Part shown: one piece after another, positions 1-9,835 of the stretch
Layout: each line of letters begins with the position of its first letter
Numbering within the stretch: position 1 is the stretch's first letter
Assembly: GCA_963733095.1 (NCBI GenBank)
Contig: CAVTBV010000016.1
Span: 96,001-160,000 of the forward strand
Length of the DNA stretch: 64,000 bases
Direction of reading: 5' to 3'
Origin: Candidatus Bathyarchaeota archaeon
GTDB taxonomy: Archaea > Thermoproteota > Bathyarchaeia > Bathyarchaeales > Bathycorpusculaceae
Position numbers and translations under genes: made by a program
Notes under the pieces: model-generated
Seen by the model: the letters and a program-made list of their open reading frames with translations, nothing else
The model's database searches: none
What the model was told of the DNA's origin: nothing

Positions 1-264
1 AGCGTTGCCTTAGTCACTGACGGAAGATTCTCAGGCGCCACACGCGGAGGAAGCATCGGACACGTAGCCCCAGAAGCCTTCGACGGCGGACCCATCGCAG
101 TTCTCAAAAACGGCGACATCGTAACAATCGACATTCCAAACCGCACTCTAAAAGTGGAGTTATCTGACGAAGAACTCAAGGCGAGATTAACAGCTTGGAA
201 GCCAAGGGAGCCTAAAATCAAAAAGGGCATACTCTCTCGCTATAGGCCAACGCCAACAGAATAA
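1..264 (+). CDS. ilvD: Dihydroxy-acid dehydratase, C-terminal fragment (runs off window start)
   Basis: Frame 1 translates [33 protein letters not shown]...RYRPTPTE*, the conserved IlvD/Edd C-terminal signature. Confidence 0.95.
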   Translation, partial: SVALVTDGRFSGATRGGSIGHVAPEAFDGGPIAVLKNGDIVTIDIPNRTLKVELSDEELKARLTAWKPREPKIKKGILSRYRPTPTE

Positions 265-309
265 AAAATAAAACCGTAAAATGGCAAAGAAAAGTGTGGA
301 TCTGCTGGT

Positions 310-565
310 TTACCAGTAGCCTCCAGACATCATGCTCATTCCCATTCGGTATGGATAGGCGCCTTGCTGTGGATATTGAGAGTAGCCATAGCCGTTGTTG
401 GGCGACCTATTTCAATAGTTGCCGCCGTATGCTTGGGCCTGGGCTTGGGTATATAGGGTGTTTTGGTTTTGGGTTTGACATATTGTGCGAAGGCTACGCC
501 GATTGCCGCTAAGATTACTAGTGAACCTGCTATATGAGGAAGAGGATAGTTTTTGTTTTAGTCAT
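310..565 (-). pseudogene. Degraded gene for a small secreted Tyr/Gly/Gln/Met-rich protein
   Basis: GAGGTG SD then ATG; pieces read MTKTKTILFLI / IAGSLVILAAIGVAFAQYV / QNQNTLYTQAQAQAYGGNY*NRSPNNGYGYSQYPQQGAYPYRMGMSMMSGGYW*, needing two frameshifts and one in-frame TGA; 256 nt. Confidence 0.6.
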
Positions 566-615
566 TCTTTTTCACCTCAAGTATTATATTGGCTTGGGGA
601 GGTTTGAGAGTTGGC

Positions 616-639
616 TGATACAGTTTTGAAACAGTTTCA
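616..639. promoter_or_regulatory. Putative operator: tandem TGATACAGTTT/TGAAACAGTTT containing the palindrome TGAAAC-A-GTTTCA
   Basis: Read directly; lies between the divergent pseudogene and the membrane wHTH regulator. Confidence 0.45.
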
Positions 640-719
640 CGGTTTTAGATGGAGAATACGCTCATAACACTGTGATAAACCTTAAATTCCACCGTGAATA
701 CGTCTAATTTAGATATACC

Positions 720-1334
720 ATGAAAAGAGCCAACATGTTCCTAACCATACTGATTGCGTCCATAGTAGCCCTCATAGCCTCAACCGCCATAGGCTTCGCC
801 TACTTCTCGTCAACTCAGAATTCAAACAACTGGATGAGCCAAATGTGGGGAGGATCAAACAACAACAACTACGACGGAATGGGCAGTATGATGGGACAAA
901 CGGGAACAGTACAAACCGCATCTAACGCGTGGTTGCCCTATTTCGGAGTCTTATTTGCTGTCCTAATAGGCGTCACCGTCGTCGGAATCATCGGAATAGG
1001 CTATTATCTTCTGCACCCCCAGATCAGAGTCGGAAGTATCGGAGTTATTCAAGCCACTCAAAACATCTCAGCAACTCAGCCAGCTACAAACGGTACAACC
1101 GCATACGATTCAGTTACTAAAACTTTAACCGAGGAAGAACGCAAAATCATAGAGGTACTAAATACCCATGAAGGCAAATACCTTCAGAAATACATCCGAA
1201 ACGAAACAGGCTTAAGCCGACTCAAAACCCACAGGATAATTGCGCGCTTAGCCGACCGAGGAATCGTTTCACTGGAAAAAATAGGAAACACCAACCAAGT
1301 TTACCTATCCAGCTGGCTACAACAAAAAAACTAA
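720..1334 (+). CDS. Membrane-anchored winged-helix (MarR-like) transcriptional regulator with Met/Gly-rich loop
   Basis: Two hydrophobic segments flank WMSQMWGG...GMGSMMG; C-terminal LTEEERKIIEVL...Q..I...TGLSRLKTHRIIARLADRGIV wHTH. Confidence 0.8.
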   Translation: MKRANMFLTILIASIVALIASTAIGFAYFSSTQNSNNWMSQMWGGSNNNNYDGMGSMMGQTGTVQTASNAWLPYFGVLFAVLIGVTVVGIIGIGYYLLHPQIRVGSIGVIQATQNISATQPATNGTTAYDSVTKTLTEEERKIIEVLNTHEGKYLQKYIRNETGLSRLKTHRIIARLADRGIVSLEKIGNTNQVYLSSWLQQKN

Positions 1335-1514
1335 TCAACATAGCCAAATCATAAAAATAAAAAATTCGCCTTCCATTTTTTTAATTAAACAAAACTATCG
1401 CAGGCAATATCGGGTTAGAACTTAGCGGTTGTTGTTTCAACCTGTGACAACATCGCCTTATATCGTTTAGAGCCTCAATGAGATATCAAGAAGGAGAATA
1501 CTAAGAGCCAACAA

Positions 1515-1602
1515 GTTGAGCGGGTCTGGCGGCTAACAAAGGAGAAGGCGCCTGCAACATTTTTGCCTCGCCAAAGCTAGCCCATGGCTAAATCCGCCCA
1601 AC
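1515..1602 (-). ncRNA. Candidate structured non-coding RNA (~90 nt, paired ends, multibranch)
   Basis: On the minus strand GUUGGGCGGAU pairs with ACCCGCUCAAC (10/11), with internal UAGCC/GGCUA and UUUGGCG/CGCCAGA stems. A BRE/TATA-like ACAAACC-ATTAATAA lies just upstream (1637-1623). Strand uncertain. Confidence 0.4.
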
Positions 1603-1952
1603 AAACCTTTTTGCCTCCAAAATTATTAATGGTTTGTTTAGAAATGACAAAAAGGGTTGTTAGGGTAAAGAATGCCCCATAGGCGTGTCACTTTGGGAAA
1701 TAATTGCATAGTTCCAAAGGTAAAGATTTAATCAGAAACCACAAACTTTTTATTTGCACAACGGTTCCTTTTAAAGAAAGTGGAGTTTAACGAGGTATGA
1801 GCATGAGGGATCGTCACCTCAATAGCCGGGATCGTCGGGTACAAATTCTTTAACTCGTCCAGCCTACCCGCTAAACAAACCACAAAAAAATTCTCGCAAA
1901 CAACTTTTCTAGATGATAGCATAGTTGTTAATTTAAAAGACAGGAGACTGAA

Positions 1953-3665
1953 TTGAAAATGGCAAAAATGTCTGGTGCGCAAGCACTCTTAGAATCCCTT
2001 GAACGAGAAAAAGTTGATACAATCTTCGGCATATTAGGCGGAGCCATCCTTCCAGTATACGATGCGTTATGCGACCACAAGAAGATACGCCACATCCTTG
2101 CGCGACATGAACAGTGTGCAGCCCATGAAGCTGAAGGTTACGCACGTGCCAGCGGAAGAGCAGGCGTATGCATGGCAACCAGCGGACCAGGAGCCACCAA
2201 TCTAGTAACAGGCATAGCTAACGCCTACATGGACTCCTCGCCCATAATCGCATTAACAGGACAAATCCCAACCACAAGCCCTAACAGCTCCTACATGATT
2301 GGCAGAGACGCCTTCCAAGAAGCAGACATCATCGGCATCACCACCGCAATCACAAAATACAATTACCAACCAAGAACCATCGCCGAAATTCCCGTGGCAG
2401 TCAAAAGCGCATTCTACCTTGCAACCACAGGCAGACCTGGACCAGTCCTAATCGACTTGCCTAAGAACGTTCAATCAGGAATGGCAGATATCGAATTCAC
2501 AGATAAGATTGATGTTGGCGGATACAAACTGCCCCCTGAACCGGACATGGCAAAAATCAGCGAAGCCGCAGACTTACTGGCGAAAGCGGAATGCCCAATC
2601 ATCTTGGCAGGCGGTGGAGCAATAACTGCTCAAGCATCAGACGAACTGACCCAAATGTCAGACCTGCTAATGGCACCGGTTGCAACAACCTTCATGGGTA
2701 AAGGTGCATTCCCAGAAAACCACCCCTTATCCTTGGGAAGCATCGGTATGCATGGCAACCCAGCAGCAAACAAACTGATGGGCGAAGCGGATGTCTTGCT
2801 GGCTGTTGGAACAAGGTTCTCTGACCGCGCAACCGCAAATCTGGATACATTCGCGTCCCACGCTAAAAAAATTCAGTTAGACATAGACGCTGCAGAAATA
2901 AACAAAAACATCGAAGTCGACGTTTCAATAGTTGCAGACGCCAAAGTCTCAATGAAAATGCTGTACGCCGCAGTTTCCAAGAAACTACAGAAGGGCGAAG
3001 GGAAAGCATGGACAAAGCATGTCAAAGAGGCTAAGGAACAGCTGAGTCCACTGCTAAAGGATTTGCCAAGAGATTTGGTGCCTAAAGCATTGTTGGGTGA
3101 ATTGAGGAAACTGTTGCCCGAAAGCGCCATAGTCACCACAGAAGTGGGACAGAACCAGATGTGGTCAGCTCTATACTTCCAGGCGTTGAAGCCCCGGACA
3201 TTTATCAGTTCAGGCGGTTTAGGAACGATGGGTTTTGGTTTCCCAGCAGCCATAGGCGCCAAAGTTGCATGTCCAGACCGACCAGTCGTGGACGTCGCGG
3301 GCGATGGAAGCTTCATAATGAGCGAACAGGAATTAGCATGCAGTGTCACTGAAAACATTCCAGTTATCGTCATTGTACTAAACAACTCAGTGTTAGGTAT
3401 GGTGGCGCAGTGGCAACGTATGCTCTACAAACGCCGATACATGGCCATCAACTTGGGTAAAACCCCAGACTTTGTGAAGCTCGCAGAAGCATACGGAGCC
3501 CAAGGCACCCGCGCATCATCCATCGAAGAATTCCACAAAGCAGTTAAGACAGCATTGACCAGTAAAGTTACAACGGTAATCGATGTGCCTATTGGCTCAG
3601 AGACCGATGTGGTTCCCTTTGTGCCTCCAGGCTGCGGCTTACCACAACAAAAAGGTGACTACTAA
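1953..3665 (+). CDS. ilvB: Acetolactate synthase large subunit
   Basis: RHEQ, TSGPGATN, DAFQE, SGGLGTMGFG and GDGS...N ThDP motifs. Confidence 0.97.
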   Translation: MKMAKMSGAQALLESLEREKVDTIFGILGGAILPVYDALCDHKKIRHILARHEQCAAHEAEGYARASGRAGVCMATSGPGATNLVTGIANAYMDSSPIIALTGQIPTTSPNSSYMIGRDAFQEADIIGITTAITKYNYQPRTIAEIPVAVKSAFYLATTGRPGPVLIDLPKNVQSGMADIEFTDKIDVGGYKLPPEPDMAKISEAADLLAKAECPIILAGGGAITAQASDELTQMSDLLMAPVATTFMGKGAFPENHPLSLGSIGMHGNPAANKLMGEADVLLAVGTRFSDRATANLDTFASHAKKIQLDIDAAEINKNIEVDVSIVADAKVSMKMLYAAVSKKLQKGEGKAWTKHVKEAKEQLSPLLKDLPRDLVPKALLGELRKLLPESAIVTTEVGQNQMWSALYFQALKPRTFISSGGLGTMGFGFPAAIGAKVACPDRPVVDVAGDGSFIMSEQELACSVTENIPVIVIVLNNSVLGMVAQWQRMLYKRRYMAINLGKTPDFVKLAEAYGAQGTRASSIEEFHKAVKTALTSKVTTVIDVPIGSETDVVPFVPPGCGLPQQKGDY

Positions 3666-4177
3666 TGGAGACTGGAAAAACCAAAGTTATATCCGTGCTA
3701 GTTGAGAACAAACCTGGTGTCCTACAAATCATCGCCAACCTATTCAGACGCAGAAACTTTAACATAGAAAGCATCACCGTCGGTCCAACCCAGCAACACG
3801 ACATAGCCCGCATGACCATAACAGTCAACGAAGACGAAAAGACCATCGACCAAGTCATCAAACAAGTCGCAAAACAAATCGACGTCCTCAAAGTCGACGA
3901 ACTCTCTCTTGGCAACTTTGTCATGCGTGAACTCGCATTGATCAAAGTTAACGTGCCAAGCTCCAAAGAACGCAGCGACATCATCAACTGCGTAGAGGTC
4001 TTCCGCGGCAGAATCATCGATGTCTCAACCGACAGCCTAACAGTTGAAATCACAGGAACCCCAGACAAAATCGACGCATTCCTCAACCTCATGAACACCT
4101 TTGGAGTAATAGAATTGGCAAGAACAGGCATAACAGCCCTAGCTCGAGGCGCAAAATCGACAAGAATCGACGAATAA
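3665..4177 (+). CDS. ilvN: Acetolactate synthase small regulatory subunit
   Basis: ISVLVENKPGVL ACT domain, RELALIKV, ELARTG; 1-nt overlap with ilvB. Confidence 0.96.
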   Translation: METGKTKVISVLVENKPGVLQIIANLFRRRNFNIESITVGPTQQHDIARMTITVNEDEKTIDQVIKQVAKQIDVLKVDELSLGNFVMRELALIKVNVPSSKERSDIINCVEVFRGRIIDVSTDSLTVEITGTPDKIDAFLNLMNTFGVIELARTGITALARGAKSTRIDE

Positions 4178-4274
4178 ACAGCATCGATAAAGCGGAAATA
4201 CTTAATTGTCTGTTCTTTAAAATCCCCATTTGTCTTAGGTAAATTTAGGTTTAATTCAAGGTAAGCGAAAGACT

Positions 4275-5543
4275 ATGAATATTACAGAAAAAATCTTAGC
4301 TAAATCCTCAGGAAAAAAAGCCGTGCATCCAGGCGAAATCGTCGACGCAAACGTTGACATGGTTATGATACACGACTTAACTGGACCTTTAGCGGTTGAA
4401 GCCTTCAAAAAGATAGGCGTACAAAAAGTTTGGAATAACAAAAAAGTAGTCGTAATTCTGGACCATCAAGTTCCAGCAGAATCCGTCAAGGCAGCAGAAC
4501 TACACAAAACCATGCGTCAATTCGCCAAAGAACAAAACCTCACCTTTTACGATGTAGGCCGGGGCGGAATATGCCACCAAGTTATGCCAGACAAAGGCCA
4601 CGTAGTTCCAGGAACAATCATCTTAGGCGCTGACTCACACACATGCACCTATGGCGCTTTTGGCGCTTTCGCAACAGGCATAGGCTCAACAGAAGCAGCT
4701 GCAGTCATGGCAACAGGAAAAATCTGGCTAAAAGTTCCCGAAGCCATCAAAGTAAACGTCACAGGAAAATTCAAACCCAACGTTACAGCCAAAGACTTAG
4801 TCTTAACCATTACAGGCAAACTGGGCGTAGACGGAGCAATCTACAAGAGCTTAGAATTCACAGGCCCGACTATAAAAAAGATGACGGTTTCAGGCAGAAT
4901 GACATTATGCAATATGGCAGTTGAAATGGGCGCGAAAAATGGCATCGTAGAACCCGACGAAACCACATGTAAATACTTAGAGACAAAAATTAAAAAAATG
5001 CCCAACTTGGATGTACTAAAGAGCGATACAGATGCAATATACAGTCAAATCTTCGAATTTGACGTTTCCAAAATGGAGCCTCAAGTAGCTTGTCCCTCAT
5101 CGGTCGACAACGTTAAACCAATAAGTAAAGTTGGAAAAATCAAGATTGACCAAGCCTTCATCGGTTCCTGTACCAACGGCAGACTAGAAGATTTGCAATT
5201 AGCTGCTAAAATAATGAAGGGCAAAAAAGTCGCTGACGGCGTCCGCGCTCTAGTTATTCCCGCATCTCAGGAAATTTATCAGCAAGCCGACAAAGAAGGA
5301 CTGTTACAAATCTTCACGGAAGCAGGTGCAATCGTCTGTGGCTCTGCGTGTGGACCTTGTTTAGGCGGCCACATTGGTTTACTGGCAGCAGGAGAATCAT
5401 GTGTGTCAACATCTAACCGCAACTTCATAGGCAGAATGGGCAGCACCCAAGCCAACGTTTACTTGGCATCTCCTGCAACCGTTGCAGCCTCTGCTTTAAC
5501 AGGAATAATAACAGACCCAACCGTGGAGAGTAAAGCGAAATGA
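4275..5543 (+). CDS. leuC: 3-isopropylmalate dehydratase / homoaconitase large subunit
   Basis: DH, GICHQV, DSHT, IGSCTNGR, CGPCLG, STSNRNF aconitase-family motifs. Confidence 0.93.
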   Translation: MNITEKILAKSSGKKAVHPGEIVDANVDMVMIHDLTGPLAVEAFKKIGVQKVWNNKKVVVILDHQVPAESVKAAELHKTMRQFAKEQNLTFYDVGRGGICHQVMPDKGHVVPGTIILGADSHTCTYGAFGAFATGIGSTEAAAVMATGKIWLKVPEAIKVNVTGKFKPNVTAKDLVLTITGKLGVDGAIYKSLEFTGPTIKKMTVSGRMTLCNMAVEMGAKNGIVEPDETTCKYLETKIKKMPNLDVLKSDTDAIYSQIFEFDVSKMEPQVACPSSVDNVKPISKVGKIKIDQAFIGSCTNGRLEDLQLAAKIMKGKKVADGVRALVIPASQEIYQQADKEGLLQIFTEAGAIVCGSACGPCLGGHIGLLAAGESCVSTSNRNFIGRMGSTQANVYLASPATVAASALTGIITDPTVESKAK

Positions 5544-6040
5544 ACAACAAAATCAAAGCTCCAGCCATAAAATTAGGCAACAACATCGACACAGACGTCA
5601 TTCTACCAGGCAAATACCTAATCTTAGTTGACCCCTGCGAATTAGCTAAACATGCATTGGAAAGCTTAGATACAGAGTTTGTTCAAAAAGCTAAAGGCGG
5701 CGTCATATTGGTAGGCGGCAAAAACTTCGGCTGCGGCTCAAGTCGTGAGCAGGCGCCCTTGGCGTTGAAGTACTCAGGAGTGAAATGCATCATCGCAGAA
5801 TCATTCGCCAGAATATTCTTCCGCAACGCAATCAACATCGGCTTGCCCGTAATCGAATGCAAAGGCATATCAAGAGCGGTTGAAACAAGCGACGAATTAA
5901 CCGTAGACTTTGAAACGGGCAAGATAGAAAACGTATCCAATAGCAAAAAGTTTCAAGTAGACAAGCTTCCACCATTCATCTTAGAAATCTTAACAGATGG
6001 CGGATTAATAGAGAACCTACGAAGGAAAATGAAAAAATGA
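5540..6040 (+). CDS. leuD: 3-isopropylmalate dehydratase small subunit
   Basis: NIDTDVILP, NFGCGSSREQA, SFARIFFRNAIN. Confidence 0.93.
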   Translation: MNNKIKAPAIKLGNNIDTDVILPGKYLILVDPCELAKHALESLDTEFVQKAKGGVILVGGKNFGCGSSREQAPLALKYSGVKCIIAESFARIFFRNAINIGLPVIECKGISRAVETSDELTVDFETGKIENVSNSKKFQVDKLPPFILEILTDGGLIENLRRKMKK

Positions 6041-7074
6041 CAGAATACAAAATATCCCTAATTCCAGGCGACGGCATCGGACCAGAATTAACCGAAGCCA
6101 CATTAAAAGTCCTAGATGCAGTTCAGAAAGAATTCGGCGTAAAACTTCAGATTGTAGAAGCTGAAGCAGGCGACGTTGCTCTTGAGAGAGTAGGCGCCGC
6201 ATTGCCAGCGGACACTGTGGAGAAAGTTAAGAACTCCCACGCATGCCTGAAAGGTCCAGTGGGTGAATCTGCAGCCGATGTAATTGTAAAGCTCAGAGTC
6301 ATGTTTGACTTGTATGCTAACCTACGCCCTCTGAAAGCCTATCCCAACGTTCCAGTTGCTCGCCCAGACATCGACATGATGTTTGTTCGCGAAAACACCG
6401 AGGACGTTTACAAGGGCTTAGAATTCACCATCGGGACAGACACCACCCTTTGCCTACGAGTTATCACAAGAAAAGCTTGCGAACGGATAGCCAAAAAAGC
6501 CTTCGACATCGCCCGCTTACGCAACGGCAAAAAGAAAGTCACAGCCATCCACAAAGCCAACGTCATGCGCGTCACCGACGGCTTATTTGCCAGCGTCTGC
6601 CGAGAAACAGCAGAACAGTATCCAGACATAGCCTTCAACGAACTCTACGTTGACGCAGCATCCATGCGATTAATCAAAGAACCAGAAATATTCGACGTCC
6701 TCTGCACATGCAACATGTTCGGCGACATCCTAAGCGACGAAGCAGCACAACAAATAGGCGGCTTAGGTATGGCTCCGGGCGCAAACATCAGCGACAACTT
6801 TGGCCTCTTCGAACCTATCCACGGATCTGCACCAAACCGAGCAGGAAAACACACCGCCAACCCAATCTCAATGATTCTTTCAGCAAAAATGATGCTTGAG
6901 TGGCTGGGAGAAAAATACGGCGACAAGAAATGCTTACAAGCAGGCGCAGCCATAGAGAACGGAGTAGTGTACGCTTTGCGTAACCGTCAAACTGTTCCAG
7001 ACTGCGGCGGCACCACCTCAACTGTGGGCATGGCTGAAGCCATCGCTGCAGCCTTAACCGTAAAAAGTGGCTGA
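6037..7074 (+). CDS. leuB: 3-isopropylmalate (isocitrate/isopropylmalate family) dehydrogenase
   Basis: GDGIGPE, RENTE, HKANV, NMFGDILSD, EPIHGSAP. Confidence 0.92.
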   Translation: MTEYKISLIPGDGIGPELTEATLKVLDAVQKEFGVKLQIVEAEAGDVALERVGAALPADTVEKVKNSHACLKGPVGESAADVIVKLRVMFDLYANLRPLKAYPNVPVARPDIDMMFVRENTEDVYKGLEFTIGTDTTLCLRVITRKACERIAKKAFDIARLRNGKKKVTAIHKANVMRVTDGLFASVCRETAEQYPDIAFNELYVDAASMRLIKEPEIFDVLCTCNMFGDILSDEAAQQIGGLGMAPGANISDNFGLFEPIHGSAPNRAGKHTANPISMILSAKMMLEWLGEKYGDKKCLQAGAAIENGVVYALRNRQTVPDCGGTTSTVGMAEAIAAALTVKSG

Positions 7075-7078
7075 TAGC

Positions 7079-8605
7079 ATGTCAAACAAAAACCAAAAAA
7101 CCATTCGAATTTTTGATACCACTCTAAGAGACGGGGAACAAACCCCCGGAGTTTCCTTGACCGCCGACGACAAGATTGAGATTGCACACCAACTCAGCAA
7201 ACTAGGAGTCGACGTCATCGAGGCAGGTTTTCCAAGCTCATCTGAAGGCGAAAAAAAAGTCGTCAAAGACATAGCCAAATCAGGCTTAACCTCAGAAATC
7301 TGCGCCCTGTCCAGAGCAACAAGGGGCGATATCGATGCAGCCCTGGAGTGTGATGTAGACGTAGTTCATGTTTTCATCCCAACCTCACCAGTCCAAATGA
7401 AATACGCCGTTAACTTGACGCCAGAGCAAGTGCTGGCCGCTACGGCAGATTCAGTTTCTTACGTCAAGAAACATGGGATAAAATGCGAGTTTTCACCCAT
7501 GGACGCAACACGCTCCGAAATGCCTTTCCTAAAAAAAGTCTGCAAAGCCGCACAGGAAGCAGGCATGGACAGCCTAAACGTACCCGACACCGTTGGAATT
7601 ATGATTCCCAAAACAACAATCCAACTAATAGAAGACCTAAAAACCGTCGTCACAGTACCGATAAGCACTCACTGCCACGACGATTTCGGTTTAGCAGTCG
7701 CCAATTCACTTGCGGCTGTTGAAGCAGGCGCAGCCCAAGTGCACGTCGCCGTCAACGGGTTAGGCGAACGCGCAGGCAACGCCGCGTTGGAAGAAGTGGT
7801 TATGGCGCTGCATATGATTTACAAGTACAAAACAAACGTAAACAGCAGGTTGCTGTACAGTACTTCAAGAATGGTTGCCTCTTTAACAGGCATAACCGTG
7901 CAGGCTAACAAAGCCATCGTCGGCGAAAACGCATTTGCCCACGAATCAGGAATCCACACCCGCGGCGTGACCGAGAAACCGTTAACATTCGAACCTATAA
8001 ACCCCGAATTAGTCGGCAGAACAAGAAAACTGGTCGCTGGCAAACTGGCAGGAACCCGAGGTATCAAAGCTGAACTTGAAGAAATCGGTATCCACCCAAC
8101 AGAGGAACAACTAAAGGAAATCGTTGGGCGCGTCAAAGAACTAGGCAACAAGGGCAAGATGGTCACCGATGCTGATTTAGTCGCGTTGACTTCTGCTGTT
8201 ATGGGTGAAGTGCTTGGTGAAGAAAAAATCGTTGACCTCTGCGACATGGCCGTCGTCACAGGCATCAAAGTCATCCCAACCGCATCAGTCCGCTTAGTTT
8301 TGAATGGAAAAGAATACGTTGCTGCCGAAACAGGTGTTGGACCAGTTGACGCTGTGTTGAAGGCTATTCAGAAGTTGACCAGTAGCATAGAGAACATCCG
8401 CTTAAGCGAGTACAGATTGGAAGCTATTACGGGCGGTTCAAACGCGGTTGCTGAAGTTGTCATAAAAGTCGAAGACGAAAAAGGCAACATCGTTTCAGCC
8501 AGAGCCGCCAGAGAAGACATCGTCATGGCAAGCGTTGAAGCAATGATAAACGGTATAAACAAACTCTTGCTAAAGAACCATCAAAAGCAGGGAAACAAAA
8601 AGTGA
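7079..8605 (+). CDS. leuA: 2-isopropylmalate synthase (LeuA/CimA family)
   Basis: [29 protein letters not shown] and C-terminal regulatory domain (GVGPVDA). Start is ATG 7079 or GTG 7067. Citramalate synthase activity cannot be excluded. Confidence 0.88.
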   Translation: MSNKNQKTIRIFDTTLRDGEQTPGVSLTADDKIEIAHQLSKLGVDVIEAGFPSSSEGEKKVVKDIAKSGLTSEICALSRATRGDIDAALECDVDVVHVFIPTSPVQMKYAVNLTPEQVLAATADSVSYVKKHGIKCEFSPMDATRSEMPFLKKVCKAAQEAGMDSLNVPDTVGIMIPKTTIQLIEDLKTVVTVPISTHCHDDFGLAVANSLAAVEAGAAQVHVAVNGLGERAGNAALEEVVMALHMIYKYKTNVNSRLLYSTSRMVASLTGITVQANKAIVGENAFAHESGIHTRGVTEKPLTFEPINPELVGRTRKLVAGKLAGTRGIKAELEEIGIHPTEEQLKEIVGRVKELGNKGKMVTDADLVALTSAVMGEVLGEEKIVDLCDMAVVTGIKVIPTASVRLVLNGKEYVAAETGVGPVDAVLKAIQKLTSSIENIRLSEYRLEAITGGSNAVAEVVIKVEDEKGNIVSARAAREDIVMASVEAMINGINKLLLKNHQKQGNKK

Positions 8606-9420
8606 AAACAGTAGCCTTCCAAGGCGAACCTGGAGCCTACAGCGAAAGCGCAGTCTACCAGTTCTTCGGCTCAAAAGTCCAAGTTAAACCCTGCAGGGAT
8701 TTTCGCGATGTCTTTGAAAGCGTAAAGAAGCAGGAAGTCGAAGCGGGCGTAGTGCCAGTTGAGAACTCCCTTGAAGGCAGCATCAACCAAAACTACGACT
8801 TATTCTTCAGCTATAATCTGAGAGTCTGCGGAGAAGTTATCGTCAAAATCGCCCACTGCCTAATCGTAAACCCAGGAACAAGCAAAGACCAAATCAAATC
8901 AGTTTACTCCCATCCGCAAGCCTTGGCGCAATGCAGAAGCTACCTTGAAAAGTCAAAATGGGAAATAATCCCAACCTACGACACCGCGGGTAGCGTCAAA
9001 ATCATCAAAGAACAAAACCTCAAAAACGCCGCGGCCATCGCCAGTGAAAGAGCGGCAGAACTCTACAGCATGCAAATCTTGGCAAGAGATATAGCAGATA
9101 ACAAAGAAAACTATACACGCTTCTTTGTTCTATCCAACGAAGATTCGCCAGTTACAGGCAAAGACAAAACCAGCATAATCTTCTCAGCTAAACATGAACC
9201 AGGCTCACTCTACAACGCATTGGGAGAATTCGCCAAACGCAACATCAACCTAACACGCATCGAATCCAGACCCACCAAAAAAACAGCTTGGGAATACAAC
9301 TTTTACCTTGACTTTGAGGGACATCGAACCGAACAAAAATGCGCCGAAGCCCTAAAAGCACTGGAAAAGTACGCGACGTTTATTAAAGTCTTGGGCTCTT
9401 ACCCCAAGGCTACTTACTGA
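8602..9420 (+). CDS. pheA: Prephenate dehydratase
   Basis: QGEPGAYS, PVENSLEG, SHPQALAQC, NYTRF and ACT domain with ESRP. Confidence 0.96.
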   Translation: MKTVAFQGEPGAYSESAVYQFFGSKVQVKPCRDFRDVFESVKKQEVEAGVVPVENSLEGSINQNYDLFFSYNLRVCGEVIVKIAHCLIVNPGTSKDQIKSVYSHPQALAQCRSYLEKSKWEIIPTYDTAGSVKIIKEQNLKNAAAIASERAAELYSMQILARDIADNKENYTRFFVLSNEDSPVTGKDKTSIIFSAKHEPGSLYNALGEFAKRNINLTRIESRPTKKTAWEYNFYLDFEGHRTEQKCAEALKALEKYATFIKVLGSYPKATY

Positions 9421-9778
9421 GTTTTTTCTTTCCTTCTTTTTTAGGTGGCAACGATGAAACATAATTTATTGATTTGTCTAAATATTCAGCGAAAAGTTTG
9501 TCGTCCGAATAGATAGTTTTTGGAAGAATAATGTAGCCTTTCATCGCTCTTCCCGGCATGGGCTCAAAAGCAGCAACATCCTTGCAATCACTCATTACTT
9601 CCACCATGTCAGCCTCCGATAGCCTCATGAACAGTTTGTCGCCGTGAACCCCCACAAACATGTTGCCGTTAAAAAAGTAAGCTGGGTACCCGAACATCTT
9701 TTTGTAATCGCAGTTTTTATCTTTCATTTTATCATTTATGAAGTCAACAAGTTCAGCTGGCGCTTTTTTCCATTCCAT
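9410..9778 (-). CDS. TfoX/Sxy N-terminal domain protein
   Basis: KKMFGYPAYFFNGNMF...LFMRL...FEPMPGRAMKGY...LPPK pattern. Confidence 0.8.
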   Translation of the reverse strand: MEWKKAPAELVDFINDKMKDKNCDYKKMFGYPAYFFNGNMFVGVHGDKLFMRLSEADMVEVMSDCKDVAAFEPMPGRAMKGYIILPKTIYSDDKLFAEYLDKSINYVSSLPPKKEGKKKLSK

Positions 9779-9835
9779 AAAAACAGCTCAAATAGTAAAA
9801 ACAAGAATGGTTACTTGAGTTTTTCTGTTTTGCGC

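Noticed and set aside
294-512. 72-aa plus-strand ORF
   Set aside because: Antisense shadow of the minus-strand pseudogene, which has the SD and a signal-peptide-like sequence.
1587-1597. Minus-strand GCGGATTTAGC resembling a tRNA 5' end
   Set aside because: No anticodon arm, TTCGA T-loop or cloverleaf; not a tRNA.
4178-4274. Leu leader upstream of leuC
   Set aside because: Only a BRE/TATA-like GGAAATACTTAATT; no Leu-rich sORF.
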